Origin: Gordius albopunctatus
Taxonomy: Eukaryota
DNA: 64,000 nucleotides
Direction of reading: 5' to 3'
Assembly: GCA_964276515.1 (NCBI GenBank)
Contig: OZ193910.1
Location: 7,006,001 to 7,070,000 of the forward strand
The notes under the pieces were generated by a model. It was not told the origin of the DNA, did not search any database, and was given only the letters and a program-made list of their open reading frames with translations. Positions 1 to 14,819 of the stretch are shown here, in pieces. A program made the translations under genes and the position numbers. Each line of letters opens with the position of its first letter. Within the stretch, counting starts at the first letter, position 1.

Positions 1-3000
1 GATGTTTTAGATTGAGAGAAATTAAAATTTAGGTGTTGCGTTTATATTGTTTCAATATCTCTTTATAAGCGTGTCTCTAGTTTTAGTGAAACAAGCTCTA
101 TGCGATCGTGATTTAGAGTTAATAATTTTTGATGACTGATCAAAAAAATGTTTTTCAAGGAATTCATCTCTTATACGGAAAACTTTCATGAGAACTATAT
201 GGTTGAACAAAAAAAATTAAAACAATTTCGAGGTCGAAAAAAATATTATTTTTCATATTCTTTCGAAAGGGAGATGAAAAAATCTTTAAAAGTTAGTAAA
301 TATTCTTAGAATTTTGTCCTTGTTAGAATCTTGATAGGAATTTTTGCGTTGGCGATGTTTGAGATTGAGAGAAATTAAAATTTTCGTGTGGCGTTTAGAT
401 TGATTCAATATCGCTTTATAAGCGTGTCTCTAGTTTTAGTGAAACAAGCTCTATGCGATCGTGATTTAGAGTTAATAATTTTTGATGACTGATCAAAAAA
501 ATGTTTTTCAAGGAATTCATCTCTTATACGGAAAACTTTAATGATAGCTATATGGTTGAACAAAAAAATTGAAAAAATTTTGAGGTCGAAAAAAATATTA
601 TTTTTCATATTTTTTCGAAAGGGAGATGAAAAAATCTTTAAAAGTTAGTAAATATTCTTAGCATTTTGTCCTTGTTAGAATATTGATAGAAATTTATGCG
701 TGGGGGGATGTTTTAGATTGAGAGAAATTAAAATTTAGGTGTTGCGTTTATATTGTTTCAATATCGCTTTATAAGCGTGTCTCTAGTTTTAGTGTAACAA
801 GCTCTATGCGATCGTGATTTAGAGTTAATAATTTTTGATGACTGATCAAAAAAATGTTTTTAAGCAAGTCACCTCTTATACCGAAAACTTTCATGAGAGC
901 TATATGGTTGAACAAAAAAATTGAAACAATTTTGAGGTCGAAACAAATATTATTTTTCATATTCTTTCGAAAGGGAGATGAAAAAATCTTTAAAAGTTAG
1001 TAAATATTCTTAGCATTTTGTCCTTGTTAGAATCTTGATAGGAATTTATGCGTGTGGGGATGTTTTAGATTGAGAGAAATTAAAATTTTCGTGTTGCGTT
1101 TAGATTGATTCAATATCGCTTTATAAGCGTGTCTCTAGTTTTAGTGAAACAAGCTCTATGCGATCGTGATTTAGAGTTAATAATTTTTGATGACTGATCA
1201 AAAAAATGTTTTTCAAGGAATTCACCTCTTATACCGAAAACTTTCATGAGAGCTATATGGTTGAACAAAAAAAATTAAAACAATTTCGAGGTCGAAAAAA
1301 TATTATTTTTCATATTCTTTCGAAAGGGAGATGAAAAAATCTTTAAAAGTTAGTAAATATTCTTAGAATTTTGTCCTTGTTAGAATCTTGATAGGAATTT
1401 TTGCGTTGGCGATGTTTGAGATTGAGAGAAATTAAAATTTTCGTGTGGCGTTTAGATTGATTCAATATCGCTTTATAAGCGTGTCTCTAGTTTTAGTGAA
1501 ACAAGCTCTATGCGATCGTGATTTAGAGTTAATAATTTTTGATGACTGATCAAAAAAATGTTTTTCAAGGAATTCACCTTTTATACCGAAAACTTTCATG
1601 AGAACTATATGGTTGAACAAAAAAATTAAAACAATTTTGAGGTCGAAAAAAATATTATTTTTCATATTCTTTCGAAAGGGAGATGAAAAAATCTTTAAAA
1701 GTTAGTAAATATTCTTAGCATTTTGTCCTTTCTTGATAGGAATTTTTGCGTGGGGGATGTTTGAGATTGAAAGAAATTAAAATTTTCGTGTTGCGTTTAT
1801 ATTGTTTCAATATCGTTTTATAAGCGTGTCTCTAGTTTTAGTGAAACAAGCTCTATGCGATCGTGATTTACAGTTAATAATTTTTGATGACTGATCAAAA
1901 AAATGTTTTTCAAGGAATTCACCTCTTATACCGAAAACTTTCATGAGAGCTATATGGTTGAACAAAAAAATTGAAAAAATTTTGAGGTCGAAAAAAATAT
2001 TATTTTTCAAATTCTTTCGAAAGGGAGATGAAAAAATCTTTAAAAGTTAGTAAATATTCTTAGAATTTTGTCCTTGTTAGAATCTTGATAGGAATTTTTG
2101 CGTTGGCGATGTTTGAGATTGAGAGAAATTAAAATTTTCGTGTGGCGTTTAGATTGATTCAATATCGCTTTATAAGCGTGTCTCTAGTTTTAGTGAAACA
2201 AGCTCTATGCGATCGTGATTTAGAGTTAATAATTTTTGATGACTGATCAAAAAAATGTTTTTCAAGGAATTCATCTCTTATACGGAAAACTTTAATGAGA
2301 GCTATATGGTTGAACAAAAAAATTGAAAAAATTTTGAGGTCGAAAAAAATATTTTTTTTCATATTCTTTCGTAAGGGAGATGAAAAAATCTTTAAAAGTT
2401 ATTAAATATTCTTAGCATTTTGTCCTTGTTAGAATCTTGATAGGAATTTTTGCGTGGGGGGATGTTTTAGATTGAGAGAAATTAAAATTTAGGTGTTGCG
2501 TTTATATTGTTTCAATATCTCTTTATAAGCGTGTCTCTAGTTTTAGTGAAACAAGCTCTATGCGATCGTGATTTAGAGTTAATAATTTTTGATGACTGAT
2601 CAAAAAAATGTTTTTCAAGGAATTCATCTCTTATACGGAAAACTTTCATGAGAACTATATGGTTGAACAAAAAAAATTAAAACAATTTCGAGGTCGAAAA
2701 AAATATTATTTTTCATATTCTTTCGAAAGGGAGATGAAAAAATCTTTAAAAGTTAGTAAATATTCTTAGAATTTTGTCCTTGTTAGAATCTTGATAGGAA
2801 TTTTTGCGTTGGCGATGTTTGAGATTGAGAGAAATTAAAATTTTCGTGTGGCGTTTAGATTGATTCAATATCGCTTTATAAGCGTGTCTCTAGTTTTAGT
2901 GAAACAAGCTCTATGCGATCGTGATTTAGAGTTAATAATTTTTGATGACTGATCAAAAAAATGTTTTTCAAGGAATTCATCTCTTATACGGAAAACTTTA

Positions 3001-6000
3001 ATGATAGCTATATGGTTGAACAAAAAAATTGAAAAAATTTTGAGGTCGAAAAAAATATTTTTTTTCATATTCTTTCGTAAGGGAGATGAAAAAATCTTTA
3101 AAAGTTATTAAATATTCTTAGCATTTTGTCCTTGTTAGAATCTTGATAGGAATTTTTGCGTGGGGGGATGTTTTAGATTGAGAGAAATTAAAATTTAGGT
3201 GTTGCGTTTATATTGTTTCAATATCTCTTTATAAGCGTGTCTCTAGTTTTAGTGAAACAAGCTCTATGCGATCGTGATTTAGAGTTAATAATTTTTGATG
3301 ACTGATCAAAAAAATGTTTTTCAAGGAATTCATCTCTTATACGGAAAACTTTAATGAGAGCTATATGGTTGAACAAAAAAATTGAAAAAATTTTGAGGTC
3401 GAAAAAAATATTTTTTTTCATATTCTTTCGAAAGGGAGATGAAAAAATCTTTAAAAGTTATTAAATATTCTTAGCATTTTGTCCTTGTTAGAATCTTGAT
3501 AGGAATCTTTGCGTGGGGGGATGTTTTAGATTGAGAGAAATTAAAATTTAGGTGTTGCGTTTATATTGTTTCAATATCGCTTTATAAGCGTGTCTCTAGT
3601 TTTAGTGAAACAAGCTCTATGCGATCGTGATTTAGAGTTAATAATTTTTGATGACTGATCAAAAAAATGTTTTTCAAGGAATTCATCTCTTATACGGAAA
3701 ACTTTAATGAGAGCTATATGGTTGAACAAAAAAAATTAAAACAATTTCGAGGTCGAAAAAAATATTATTTTTCATATTCTTTCGAAAGGGAGATGAAAAA
3801 ATGTTTAAAAGTTAGTAAATATTCTTAGAATTTTGTCCTTGTTAGAATCTTGATAGGAATTTTTGCGTTGGCGATGTTTGAGATTGAGAGAAATTAAAAT
3901 TTTCGTGTGGCGTTTAGATTGATTCAATATCGCTTTATAAGCGTGTCTCTAGTTTTAGTGAAACAAGCTCTATGCGATCGTGATTTAGAGTTAATAATTT
4001 TTGATGACTGATCAAAAAAATGTTTTTCAAGGAATTCATCTCTTATACCGAAAACTTTCATGAGAGCTATATGGTTGAACAAAAAAAATTAAAACAATTT
4101 TGAGGTCGAAAAAAATATTATTTTTCATATTCTTTCGAAAAGGAGATGAAAAAAGAATTTTTGCGTGGGGGATGTTTTAGATTGAGAGAAATTAAAATTT
4201 CGGTGTTGAGTTTATATTGTTTCAATATCGCTTTATAAGCGTGTCTCTAGTTTTAGTGAAACAAGCTCTATGCGATCGTGATTTAGAGTTAATAATTTTT
4301 GATGACTGATCAAAAAAATGTTTTTCAAGGAATTCACCTCTTATACCAAAAACTTTCATGAGAACTATATGGTTGAACAAAAAAATTGAAAAAATTTTGA
4401 GGTCGAAAAAAATATTATTTTTCATATTTTTTCGAAAGGGAGATGAAAAAATCTTTAAAAGTTAGTAAATATTCTTAGCATTTTGTCCTTGTTAGAATAT
4501 TGATAGAAATTTATGCGTGGGGGGATGTTTTAGATTGAGAGAAATTAAAATTTAGGTGTTGCGTTTATATTGTTTCAATATCGCTTTATAAGCGTGTCTC
4601 TAGTTTTAGTGTAACAAGCTCTATGCGATCGTGATTTAGAGTTAATAATTTTTGATGACTGATCAAAAAAATGTTTTTCAAGCAATTCACCTCTTATACC
4701 GAAAACTTTCATGAGAGCTATATGGTTGAACAAAAAAATTGAAAAAATTTTGAGGTCGAAAAAAATATTATTTTTCAAATTCTTTCGAAAGGGAGATGAA
4801 AAAATCTTTAAAAGTTAGTAAATATTCTTAGAATTTTGTCCTTGTTAGAATATTGATAGAAATTTATGCGTGTGGGGATGTTTTAGATTGAGAGAAATTA
4901 AAATTTAGGTGTTGCGTTTATATTGTTTCAATATCGCTTTATAAGCGTGTCTCTAGTTTTAGTGAAACAAGCTCTATGCGATCGTGATTTAGAGTTAATA
5001 ATTTTTGATGACTGATCAAAAAAATGTTTTTCAAGGAATTCACCTCTTATACCGAAAACTTTCATGAGAACTATATGGTTGAACAAAAAAATTAAAACAA
5101 TTTTGAGGTCGAAAAAAATATTATTTTTCAAATTCTTTCGAAAGGGAGATGAAAAAATGTTTAAAAGTTAGTAAATATTCTTAGAATTTTGTCCTTGTTA
5201 GAATCTTGATAGGAATTTTTGCGTTGGCGATGTTTGAGATTGAGAGAAATTAAAATTTTCGTGTGGCGTTTAGATTGATTCAATATCGCTTTATAAGCGT
5301 GTCTCTAGTTTTAGTGAAACAAGCTCTATGCGATCGTGATTTAGAGTTAATAATTTTTGATGACTGATCAAAAAAATGTTTTTCAAGGAATTCATCTCTT
5401 ATACCGAAAACTTTCATGAGAGCTATATGGTTGAACAAAAAAAATTAAAACAATTTTGAGGTCGAAAAAAATATTATTTTTCATATTCTTTCGAAAAGGA
5501 GATGAAAAAAGAATTTTTGCGTGGGGGATGTTTTAGATTGAGAGAAATTAAAATTTAGGTGTTGAGTTTATATTGTTTCAATATCGCTTTATAAGCGTGT
5601 CTCTAGTTTTAGTGAAACAAGCTCTATGCGATCGTGATTTAGAGTTAATAATTTTTGATGACTGATCAAAAAAATGTTTTTCAAGGAATTCACCTCTTAT
5701 ACCAAAAACTTTCATGAGAACTATATGGTTGAACAAAAAAATTGAAAAAATTTTGAGGTCGAAAAAAATATTATTTTTCATATTTTTTCGAAAGGGAGAT
5801 GAAAAAATCTTTAAAAGTTAGTAAATATTCTTAGCATTTTGTCCTTGTTAGAATATTGATAGAAATTTATGCGTGGGGGGATGTTTTAGATTGAGAGAAA
5901 TTAAAATTTAGGTGTTGCGTTTATATTGTTTCAATATCGCTTTATAAGCGTGTCTCTAGTTTTAGTGTAACAAGCTCTATGCGATCGTGATTTAGAGTTA

Positions 6001-9000
6001 ATAATTTTTGATGACTGATCAAAAAAATGTTTTTCAAGCAATTCACCTCTTATACCGAAAACTTTCATGAGAGCTATATGGTTGAAAAAAAAAATTAAAA
6101 AATTTTCAGGTCGAAAAAAATATTATTTTTCAAATTCTTTCGAAAGGGAGATGAAAAAATCTTTAAAAGTTAGTAAATATTCTTAGCATTTTGTCCTTGT
6201 TAGAATCTTGATAGGAATTTATGCGTGGGGGGATGTTTTAGATTGAGAGAAATTAAAATTTTCGTGTTGCGTTTAGATTGATTCAATATCGCTTTATAAG
6301 CGTGTCTCTAGTTTTAGTGAAACAAGCTCTATGCGATCGTGATTCAGAGTTAATAATTTTTGATGACTGATCAAAAAAATGTTTTTCAAGGAATTCATCT
6401 CTTATACGGAAAACTTTCATGAGAGCTATATGGTTGAACAAAAAAAATTAAAACAATTTCGAGGTCGAAAAAAATATTATTTTTCATATTCTTTCGAAAG
6501 GGAGATGAAAAAATCTTTAAAAGTTAGTAAATATTCTTAGAATTTTGTCCTTGTTAGAATCTTGATAGGAATTTTTGCGTTGGCGATGTTTGAGATTGAG
6601 AGAAATTAAAATTTTCGTGTGGCGTTTAGATTGATTCAATATCGCTTTATAAGCGTGTCTCTAGTTTTAGTGAAACAAGCTCTATGCGATCGTGATTTAG
6701 AGTTAATAATTTTTGATGACTGATCAAAAAAATGTTTTTCAAGGAATTCACCTTTTATAACGAAAACTTTCATGAGAACTATATGGTTGAACAAAAAAAT
6801 TAAAACAATTTTGAGGTCGAAAAAAATATTATTTTTCATATTCTTTCGAAAGGGAGATGAAAAAATCTTTAAAAGTTAGTAAATATTCTTAGCATTTTGT
6901 CCTTTCTTGATAGGAATTTTTGCGTGGGGGATGTTTGAGATTGAAAGAAATTAAAATTTTCGTGTTGCGTTTATATTGTTTCAATATCCCTTTATAAGCG
7001 TGTCTCTAGTTTTAGTGAAACAAGCTCTATGCGATCGTGATTTACAGTTAATAATTTTTGATGACTGATCAAAAAAATGTTTTTCAAGGAATTCACCTCT
7101 TATACCGAAAACTTTCATGAGAGCTATATGGTTGAACAAAAAAATTGAAAAAATTTTGAGGTCGAAAAAAATATTATTTTTCAAATTCTTTCGAAAGGGA
7201 GATGAAAAAATCTTTAAAAGTTAGTAAATATTCTTAGAATTTTGTCCTTGTTAGAATCTTGATAGGAATTTTTGCGTTGGCGATGTTTGAGATTGAGAGA
7301 AATTAAAATTTTCGTGTGGCGTTTAGATTGATTCAATATCGCTTTATAAGCGTGTCTCTAGTTTTAGTGAAACAAGCTCTATGCGATCGTGATTTAGAGT
7401 TAATAATTTTTGATGACTGATCAAAAAAATGTTTTTCAAGGAATTCATCTCTTATACGGAAAACTTTAATGAGAGCTATATGGTTGAACAAAAAAATTGA
7501 AAAAATTTTGAGGTCGAAAAAAATATTTTTTTTCATATTCTTTCGTAAGGGAGATGAAAAAATCTTTAAAAGTTATTAAATATTCTTAGCATTTTGTCCT
7601 TGTTAGAATCTTGATAGGAATTTTTGCGTGGGGGGATGTTTTAGATTGAGAGAAATTAAAATTTAGGTGTTGCGTTTATATTGTTTCAATATCTCTTTAT
7701 AAGCGTGTCTCTAGTTTTAGTGAAACAAGCTCTATGCGATCGTGATTTAGAGTTAATAATTTTTGATGACTGATCAAAAAAATGTTTTTCAAGGAATTCA
7801 TCTCTTATACGGAAAACTTTCATGAGAGCTATATGGTTGAACAAAAAAAATTAAAACAATTTCGAGGTCGAAAAAAATATTATTTTTCATATTCTTTCGA
7901 AAGGGAGATGAAAAAATCTTTAAAAGTTAGTAAATATTCTTAGAATTTTGTCCTTGTTAGAATCTTGATAGGAATTTTTGCGTTGGCGATGTTTGAGATT
8001 GAGAGAAATTAAAATTTTGGTGTGGCGTTTAGATTGATTCAATATCGCTTTATAAGCGTGTCTCTAGTTTTAGTGAAACAAGCTCTATGCGATCGTGATT
8101 TAGAGTTAATAATTTTTGATGACTGATCAAAAAAATGTTTTTCAAGGAATTCATCTCTTATACGGAAAACTTTAATGATAGCTATATGGTTGAACAAAAA
8201 AATTGAAAAAATTTTGAGGTCGAAAAAAATATTTTTTTTCATATTCTTTCGTAAGGGAGATGAAAAAATCTTTAAAAGTTATTAAATATTCTTAGCATTT
8301 TGTCCTTGTTAGAATCTTGATAGGAATTTTTGCGTGGGGGGATGTTTTAGATTGAGAGAAATTAAAATTTAGGTGTTGCGTTTATATTGTTTCAATATCT
8401 CTTTATAAGCGTGTCTCTAGTTTTAGTGAAACAAGCTCTATGCGATCGTGATTTAGAGTTAATAATTTTTGATGACTGATCAAAAAAATGTTTTTCAAGG
8501 AATTCATCTCTTATACGGAAAACTTTAATGAGAGCTATATGGTTGAACAAAAAAATTGAAAAAATTTTGAGGTCGAAAAAAATATTTTTTTTCATATTCT
8601 TTCGAAAGGGAGATGAAAAAATCTTTAAAAGTTATTAAATATTCTTAGCATTTTGTCCTTGTTAGAATCTTGATAGGAATCTTTGCGTGGGGGGATGTTT
8701 TAGATTGAGAGAAATTAAAATTTAGGTGTTGCGTTTATATTGTTTCAATATCGCTTTATAAGCGTGTCTCTAGTTTTAGTGAAACAAGCTCTATGCGATC
8801 GTGATTTAGAGTTAATAATTTTTGATGACTGATCAAAAAAATGTTTTTCAAGGAATTCATCTCTTATACGGAAAACTTTAATGAGAGCTATATGGTTGAA
8901 CAAAAAAAATTAAAACAATTTCGAGGTCGAAAAAAATATTATTTTTCATATTCTTTCGAAAGGGAGATGAAAAAATCTTTAAAAGTTAGTAAATATTCTT

Positions 9001-12000
9001 AGAATTTTGTCCTTGTTTGAATCTTGATAGGAATTTTTGCGTTGGCGATGTTTGAGATTGAGAGAAATTAAAATTTTCGTGTGGCGTTTAGATTGATTCA
9101 ATATCGCTTTATAAGCGTGTCTCTAGTTTTAGTGAAATAAGCTCTATGCGATCGTGATTTAGAGTTAATAATTTTTGATGACTGATCAAAAAAATGTTTT
9201 TCAAGGAATTCATCTCTTATACGGAAAACTTTAATGATAGCTATATGGTTGAACAAAAAAATTGAAAAAATTTTGAGGTCGAAAAAAATATTTTTTTTCA
9301 TATTCTTTCGTAAGGGAGATGAAAAAATCTTTAAAAGTTATTAAATATTCTTAGCATTTTGTCCTTGTTAGAATCTTGATAGGAATTTTTGCGTGGGGGG
9401 ATGTTTTAGATTGAGAGAAATTAAAATTTAGGTGTTGCGTTTATATTGTTTCAATATCTCTTTATAAGCGTGTCTCTAGTTTTAGTGAAACAAGCTCTAT
9501 GCGATCGTGATTTAGAGTTAATAATTTTTGATGACTGATCAAAAAAATGTTTTTCAAGGAATTCATCTCTTATACGGAAAACTTTCATGAGAGCTATATG
9601 GTTGAACAAAAAAAATTAAAACAATTTCGAGGTCGAAAAAAATATTATTTTTCATATTCTTTCGAAAGGGAGATGAAAAAATCTTTAAAAGTTAGTAAAT
9701 ATTCTTAGAATTTTGTCCTTGTTAGAATCTTGATAGGAATTTTTGCGTTGGCGATGTTTGAGATTGAGAGAAATTAAAATTTTGGTGTGGCGTTTAGATT
9801 GATTCAATATCGCTTTATAAGCGTGTCTCTAGTTTTAGTGAAACAAGCTCTATGCGATCGTGATTTAGAGTTAATAATTTTTGATGACTGATCAAAAAAA
9901 TGTTTTTCAAGGAATTCATCTCTTATACGGAAAACTTTAATGATAGCTATATGGTTGAACAAAAAAATTGAAAAAATTTTGAGGTCGAAAAAAATATTTT
10001 TTTTCATATTCTTTCGTAAGGGAGATGAAAAAATCTTTAAAAGTTATTAAATATTCTTAGCATTTTGTCCTTGTTAGAATCTTGATAGGAATTTTTGCGT
10101 GGGGGGATGTTTTAGATTGAGAGAAATTAAAATTTAGGTGTTGCGTTTATATTGTTTCAATATCTCTTTATAAGCGTGTCTCTAGTTTTAGTGAAACAAG
10201 CTCTATGCGATCGTGATTTAGAGTTAATAATTTTTGATGACTGATCAAAAAAATGTTTTTCAAGGAATTCATCTCTTATACGGAAAACTTTAATGAGAGC
10301 TATATGGTTGAACAAAAAAATTGAAAAAATTTTGAGGTCGAAAAAAATATTTTTTTTCATATTCTTTCGAAAGGGAGATGAAAAAATCTTTAAAAGTTAT
10401 TAAATATTCTTAGCATTTTGTCCTTGTTAGAATCTTGATAGGAATCTTTGCGTGGGGGGATGTTTTAGATTGAGAGAAATTAAAATTTAGGTGTTGCGTT
10501 TATATTGTTTCAATATCGCTTTATAAGCGTGTCTCTAGTTTTAGTGAAACAAGCTCTATGCGATCGTGATTTAGAGTTAATAATTTTTGATGACTGATCA
10601 AAAAAATGTTTTTCAAGGAATTCATCTCTTATACGGAAAACTTTAATGAGAGCTATATGGTTGAACAAAAAAAATTAAAACAATTTCGAGGTCGAAAAAA
10701 ATATTATTTTTCATATTCTTTCGAAAGGGAGATGAAAAAATCTTTAAAAGTTAGTAAATATTCTTAGAATTTTGTCCTTGTTAGAATCTTGATAGGAATT
10801 TTTGCGTTGGCGATGTTTGAGATTGAGAGAAATTAAAATTTTCGTGTGGCGTTTAGATTGATTCAATATCGCTTTATAAGCGTGTCTCTAGTTTTAGTGA
10901 AATAAGCTCTATGCGATCGTGATTTAGAGTTAATAATTTTTGATGACTGATCAAAAAAATGTTTTTCAAGGAATTCATCTCTTATACGGAAAACTTTAAT
11001 GATAGCTATATGGTTGAACAAAAAAATTGAAAAAATTTTGAGGTCGAAAAAAATATTTTTTTTCATATTCTTTCGTAAGGGAGATGAAAAAATCTTTAAA
11101 AGTTATTAAATATTCTTAGCATTTTGTCCTTGTTAGAATCTTGATAGGAATTTTTGCGTGGGGGGATGTTTTAGATTGAGAGAAATTAAAATTTAGGTGT
11201 TGCGTTTATATTGTTTCAATATCTCTTTATAAGCGTGTCTCTAGTTTTAGTGAAACAACCTCTATGCGATCGTGATTTAGAGTTAATAATTTTTGATGAC
11301 TGATCAAAAAAATGTTTTTCAAGGAATTCATCTCTTATACGGAAAACTTTAATGAGAGCTATATGGTTGAACAAAAAAATTGAAAAAATTTTGAGGTCGA
11401 AAAAAATATTTTTTTTCATATTCTTTCGAAAGGGAGATGAAAAAATCTTTAAAAGTTATTAAATATTCTTAGCATTTTGTCCTTGTTAGAATCTTGATAG
11501 GAATCTTTGCGTGGGGGGATGTTTTAGATTGAGAGAAATTAAAATTTAGGTGTTGCGTTTATATTGTTTCAATATCGCTTTATAAGCGTGTCTCTAGTTT
11601 TAGTGAAACAAGCTCTATGCGATCGTGATTTAGAGTTAATAATTTTTGATGACTGATCAAAAAAATGTTTTTCAAGGAATTCATCTCTTATACGGAAAAC
11701 TTTAATGATAGCTATATGGTTGAACAAAAAAATTGAAAAAATTTTGAGGTCGAAAAAAATATTATTTTTCAAATTCTTTCGAAAGGGAGATGAAAAAATG
11801 TTTAAAAGTTAGTAAATATTCTTAGAATTTTGTCCTTGTTAGAATCTTGATAGGAATTTTTGCGTTGGCGATGTTTGAGATTGAGAGAAATTAAAATTTT
11901 CGTGTGGCGTTTAGATTGATTCAATATCGCTTTATAAGCGTGTCTCTAGTTTTAGTGAAACAAGCTCTATGCGATCGTGATTTAGAGTTAATAATTTTTG

Positions 12001-14746
12001 ATGACTGATCAAAAAAATGTCTTTCAAGGAATTCATCTCTTATACCGAAAACTTTCATGAGAGCTATATGGTTGAACAAAAAAAATTAAAACAATTTTGA
12101 GGTCGAAAAAAATATTATTTTTCATATTCTTTCGAAAAGGAGATGAAAAAAGAATTTTTGCGTGGGGGATGTTTTAGATTGAGAGAAATTAAAATTTAGG
12201 TGTTGAGTTTATATTGTTTCAATATCGCTTTATAAGCGTGTCTCTAGTTTTAGTGAAACAAGCTCTATGCGATCGTGATTTAGAGTTAATAATTTTTGAT
12301 GACTGATCAAAAAAATGTTTTTCAAGGAATTCACCTCTTATACCAAAAACTTTCATGAGAACTATATGGTTGAACAAAAAAATTGAAAAAATTTTGAGGT
12401 CGAAAAAAATATTATTTTTCATATTCTTTCGAAAGGGAGATGAAAAAATCTTTAAAAGTTAGTAAATATTCTTAGAATTTTGTCCTTGTTAGAATCTTGA
12501 TAGGAATTTTTGCGTTGGCGATGTTTGAGATTGAGAGAAATTAAAATTTTCGTGTGGCGTTTAGATTGATTCAATATCGCTTTATAAGCGTGTCTCTAGT
12601 TTTAGTGAAACAAGCTCTATGCGATCGTGATTTAGAGTTAATAATTTTTGATGACTGATCAAAAAAATGTTTTTCAAGGAATTCATCTCTTATACGGAAA
12701 ACTTTAATGATAGCTATATGGTTGAACAAAAAAATTGAAAAAATTTTGAGGTCGAAAAAAATATTTTTTTTCATATTCTTTCGTAAGGGAGATGAAAAAA
12801 TCTTTAAAAGTTATTAAATATTCTTAGCATTTTGTCCTTGTTAGAATCTTGATAGGAATTTTTGCGTTGGCGATGTTTGAGATTGAGAGAAATTAAAATT
12901 TTCGTGTGGCGTTTAGATTGATTCAATATCGCTTTATAAGCGTGTCTCTAGTTTTAGTGAAACAAGCTCTATGCGATCGTGATTTAGAGTTAATAATTTT
13001 TGATGACTGATCAAAAAAATGTTTTTCAAGGAATTCATCTCTTATACGGAAAACTTTAATGATAGCTATATGGTTGAACAAAAAAATTGAAAAAATTTTG
13101 AGGTCGAAAAAAATATTTTTTTTCATATTCTTTCGTAAGGGAGATGAAAAAATCTTTAAAAGTTATTAAATATTCTTAGCATTTTGTCCTTGTTAGAATC
13201 TTGATAGGAATTTTTGCGTGGGGGGATGTTTTAGATTGAGAGAAATTAAAATTTAGGTGTTGCGTTTATATTGTTTCAATATCTCTTTATAAGCGTGTCT
13301 CTAGTTTTAGTGAAACAACCTCTATGCGATCGTGATTTAGAGTTAATAATTTTTGATGACTGATCAAAAAAATGTTTTTCAAGGAATTCACCTCTTATAC
13401 CAAAAACTTTCATGAGAACTATATGGTTGAACAAAAAAATTGAAAAAATTTTGAGGTCGAAAAAAATATTATTTTTCATATTTTTTCGAAAGGGAGATGA
13501 AAAAATCTTTAAAAGTTAGTAAATATTCTTAGCATTTTGTCCTTGTTAGAATATTGATAGAAATTTATGCGTGGGGGGATGTTTTAGATTGAGAGAAATT
13601 AAAATTTTCGTGTGGCGTTTAGATTGATTCAATATCGCTTTATAAGCGTGTCTCTAGTTTTAGTGTAACAAGCTCTATGCGATCGTGATTTAGAGTTAAT
13701 AATTTTTGATGACTGATCAAAAAAATGTTTTTCAAGCAATTCACCTCTTATACCGAAAACTTTCATGAGAGCTATATGGTTGAACAAAAAAATTGAAAAA
13801 ATTTTGAGGTCGAAAAAAATATTATTTTTCAAATTCTTTCGAAAGGGAGATGAAAAAATCTTTAAAAGTTAGTAAATATTCTTAGAATTTTGTCCTTGTT
13901 AGAATATTGATAGAAATTTATGCGTGTGGGGATGTTTTAGATTGAGAGAAATTAAAATTTAGGTGTTGCGTTTATATTGTTTCAATATCGCTTTATAAGC
14001 GTGTCTCTAGTTTTAGTGAAACAAGCTCTATGCGATCGTGATTTAGAGTTAATAATTTTTGATGACTGATCAAAAAAATGTTTTTCAAGGAATTCACCTC
14101 TTATACCGAAAACTTTCATGAGAACTATATGGTTGAACAAAAAAATTAAAACAATTTTGAGGTCGAAACAAATATTATTTTTCATATTCTTTCGAAAGGG
14201 AGATGAAAAAATCTTTAAAAGTTAGTAAATATTCTTAGCATTTTGTCCTTTCTTGATAGGAATTTTTGCGTGGAGGATGTTTGAGATTGAGAGAAATTAA
14301 AATTTTCGTGTTGCGTTTAGATTGATTCAATATCGCTTTATAAGCGTGTCTCTAGTTTTAGTGAAACAAGCTCTATGCGATCGTGATTTACAGTTAATAA
14401 TTTTTGATGACTGATCAAAAAAATGTTTTTCAAGGAATTCACCTCTTATACCGAAAACTTTCATGAGAGCTATATGGTTGAACAAAAAAAATTAAAACAA
14501 TTTTGAGGTCGAAAAAAATATTATTTTTCATATTCTTTCGAAAGGGAGATGAAAAAAGAATTTTTGCGTGGGGGATGTTTGAGATTGAGAGAAATTAAAA
14601 TTTTCGTGTGGCGTTTAGATTGATTAAAAATCGCTTTATAAGCGTGTCTCTAGTTTTAGTGAAACAAGCTCTATGTGATCGTGATTTAGAGTTAATAATT
14701 TTTGATGACTGATCAAAAAAATGTTTTTCAAGGAATTCATCTCTTA
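1..14746 (+). repeat. SatA tandem satellite array, ~352-353-bp monomer (~42 copies), forward orientation
   Basis: Motifs such as GCTCTATGCGATCGTGATTTAGAG recur every 352-353 bp (ORF-track starts 2865/3218, 4222/4575/4928). Shorter monomers carry ~8-bp or ~56-bp deletions. Confidence 0.99.
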
Positions 14747-14768
14747 GGGCCCGTCTTAATATACGCTT
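14747..14768 (+). repeat. Left terminal inverted repeat
   Basis: GGGCCCGTCTTAATATACGCTT matches the reverse complement of 16750-16771 at 17/22 positions by eye. Confidence 0.88.
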
Positions 14769-14796
14769 CAACTTCAAGCGCGCCATAATTTTTTGT

Positions 14797-14817
14797 GTCT
14801 AAATATGCGATTCAACT
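14797..14817 (+). repeat. Left subterminal copy of the TIR motif
   Basis: GTCTAAATATGCGATTCAACT versus GTCTTAATATACGCTTCAACT (14753-14773), 18/21. Confidence 0.8.
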
Positions 14818-14819
14818 AA

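Noticed and set aside
259..277. CENP-B box in SatA (TTCGAAAGGGAG)
   Set aside because: It has TTCG but not the correctly spaced A..CGGG of the canonical box.
14595..14786. 63-aa ORF across the left junction
   Set aside because: Chance read-through from the TIR into the satellite.
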